Shown one piece after another: positions 33,030-33,288 of a DNA stretch of 33,288 nucleotides. The stretch's first letter is position 1. Each line of letters opens with the position of its first letter. The stretch comes from Gemmatimonadota bacterium (GTDB lineage Bacteria > Gemmatimonadota > Gemmatimonadetes > Gemmatimonadales > GWC2-71-9). The position numbers and the translations under genes were made by a program. A model generated the notes under the pieces. The model had not been told where the DNA came from. It searched no databases and worked only from the letters and a program-made list of their open reading frames with translations. The stretch spans positions 1-33,288 of the forward strand of contig QHVD01000193.1 of the NCBI GenBank assembly GCA_003222235.1, read 5' to 3'.

Positions 33030-33191
33030 TTAGCGACTCCGGTGCTTGGATGGCAAGCGGAGCGCGAGGCGCTTGCGCCCCTTTCTCCGCCGGCGGGAGA
33101 GGACGGCGCGGCCCCAAACAGTCTTCATGCGCGCCCGGAAGCCGTGCTTGTTGACGCGCCGCCGATTGCGCGGCCGATAGGTCGGACCCAT
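33030..33191 (-). CDS. rpmH: 50S ribosomal protein L34
   Basis: Translated by hand, since it is below the ORF-track length cut-off: [59 protein letters not shown] lies 4 nt upstream of ATG 33191. Confidence 0.9.
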   Translation of the reverse strand: MGPTYRPRNRRRVNKHGFRARMKTVWGRAVLSRRRRKGRKRLALRLPSKHRSR

Positions 33192-33273
33192 GGACTCCTC
33201 GACTAGGCTGGGAAACGTACACCGGTTTCGCGGGACGGGTCAAGGTTGCGAAAACCGCGCGCCCGCCGTTGAC

Positions 33274-33282
33274 TTTTCCACA
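33274..33282 (+). promoter_or_regulatory. DnaA-box-like 9-mer upstream of rpmH
   Basis: TTTTCCACA fits the relaxed DnaA box TTWTNCACA. Its location upstream of rpmH is where dnaA/oriC regions commonly lie. This is a single copy at the window edge. Confidence 0.3.
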
Positions 33283-33288
33283 AGCGAG

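Noticed and set aside
1-33288. Search for tRNA, rRNA, CRISPR arrays, transposases, integrases, toxin-antitoxin or defence-system genes.
   Set aside because: None of these was recognised by eye. There are no regularly spaced direct repeats, no cloverleaf-like conserved tRNA boxes in the few intergenic gaps, and no ORF with recombinase or nuclease signatures. Every sizeable coding region is accounted for by the C1 metabolism, cofactor or housekeeping genes listed.

Overview
High-GC (about 70%) bacterial chromosomal segment with no rRNA, tRNA, CRISPR array or transposase gene that I can see. It is almost entirely a methylotrophy island, followed by origin-proximal housekeeping genes.

(1) 1-5339: tail of a methylene-H4MPT dehydrogenase gene, then ASKHA-fold and ATP-grasp genes of the kind found in tetrahydromethanopterin (H4MPT) / methanofuran (MFR) gene islands.

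(2) 5483-14957: one tightly packed plus-strand operon. It encodes a 7Fe ferredoxin, an FprA-type NADPH:ferredoxin reductase, fwdD-fwdB-fwdA-fwdC, ftr, mch, a CitG-like protein and a PTPS-like protein.

(3) 14936-23611: cofactor-biosynthesis genes. These are a HisA/F-like protein, an amino-acid-kinase-fold protein, MfnB, an SDR, pterin-4a-carbinolamine dehydratase, a DHPS-like protein, PabB, PabA, DUF447 and beta-RFAP synthase.

(4) 23826-28813: a lanthanide-type XoxF methanol dehydrogenase cluster. It contains xoxF, a MoxJ-like binding protein, a c-type cytochrome, a periplasmic pentapeptide-repeat protein and a YVTN beta-propeller.

(5) 28810-33191, minus strand: doxX, mnmE, yidC, yidD, rnpA, rpmH, with a DnaA-box-like motif at the right edge.

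The most interesting signal is that the formyl-MFR module looks archaeal and redox-competent. A FwdD subunit is present, and FwdB keeps the FeS cysteines and the VCHGPS metal-ligand motif. This differs from the cofactor-less Fhc hydrolase of model methylotrophs. The module is also co-operonic with a ferredoxin/FNR pair.

Other notable items:
- a 78-nt in-frame palindromic insertion inside pabB;
- an identical 24-nt octamer repeat in pabB and yidC;
- a 108-bp MITE-like element bounded by inverted repeats;
- a candidate promoter, leader peptide and stem-loop around xoxF;
- three minus-strand genes (an ATP-grasp gene, mnmE, yidC), each interrupted by what looks like a single-base deletion.

All homology statements come from reading the translations and from memory of the families. 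No searches were run.
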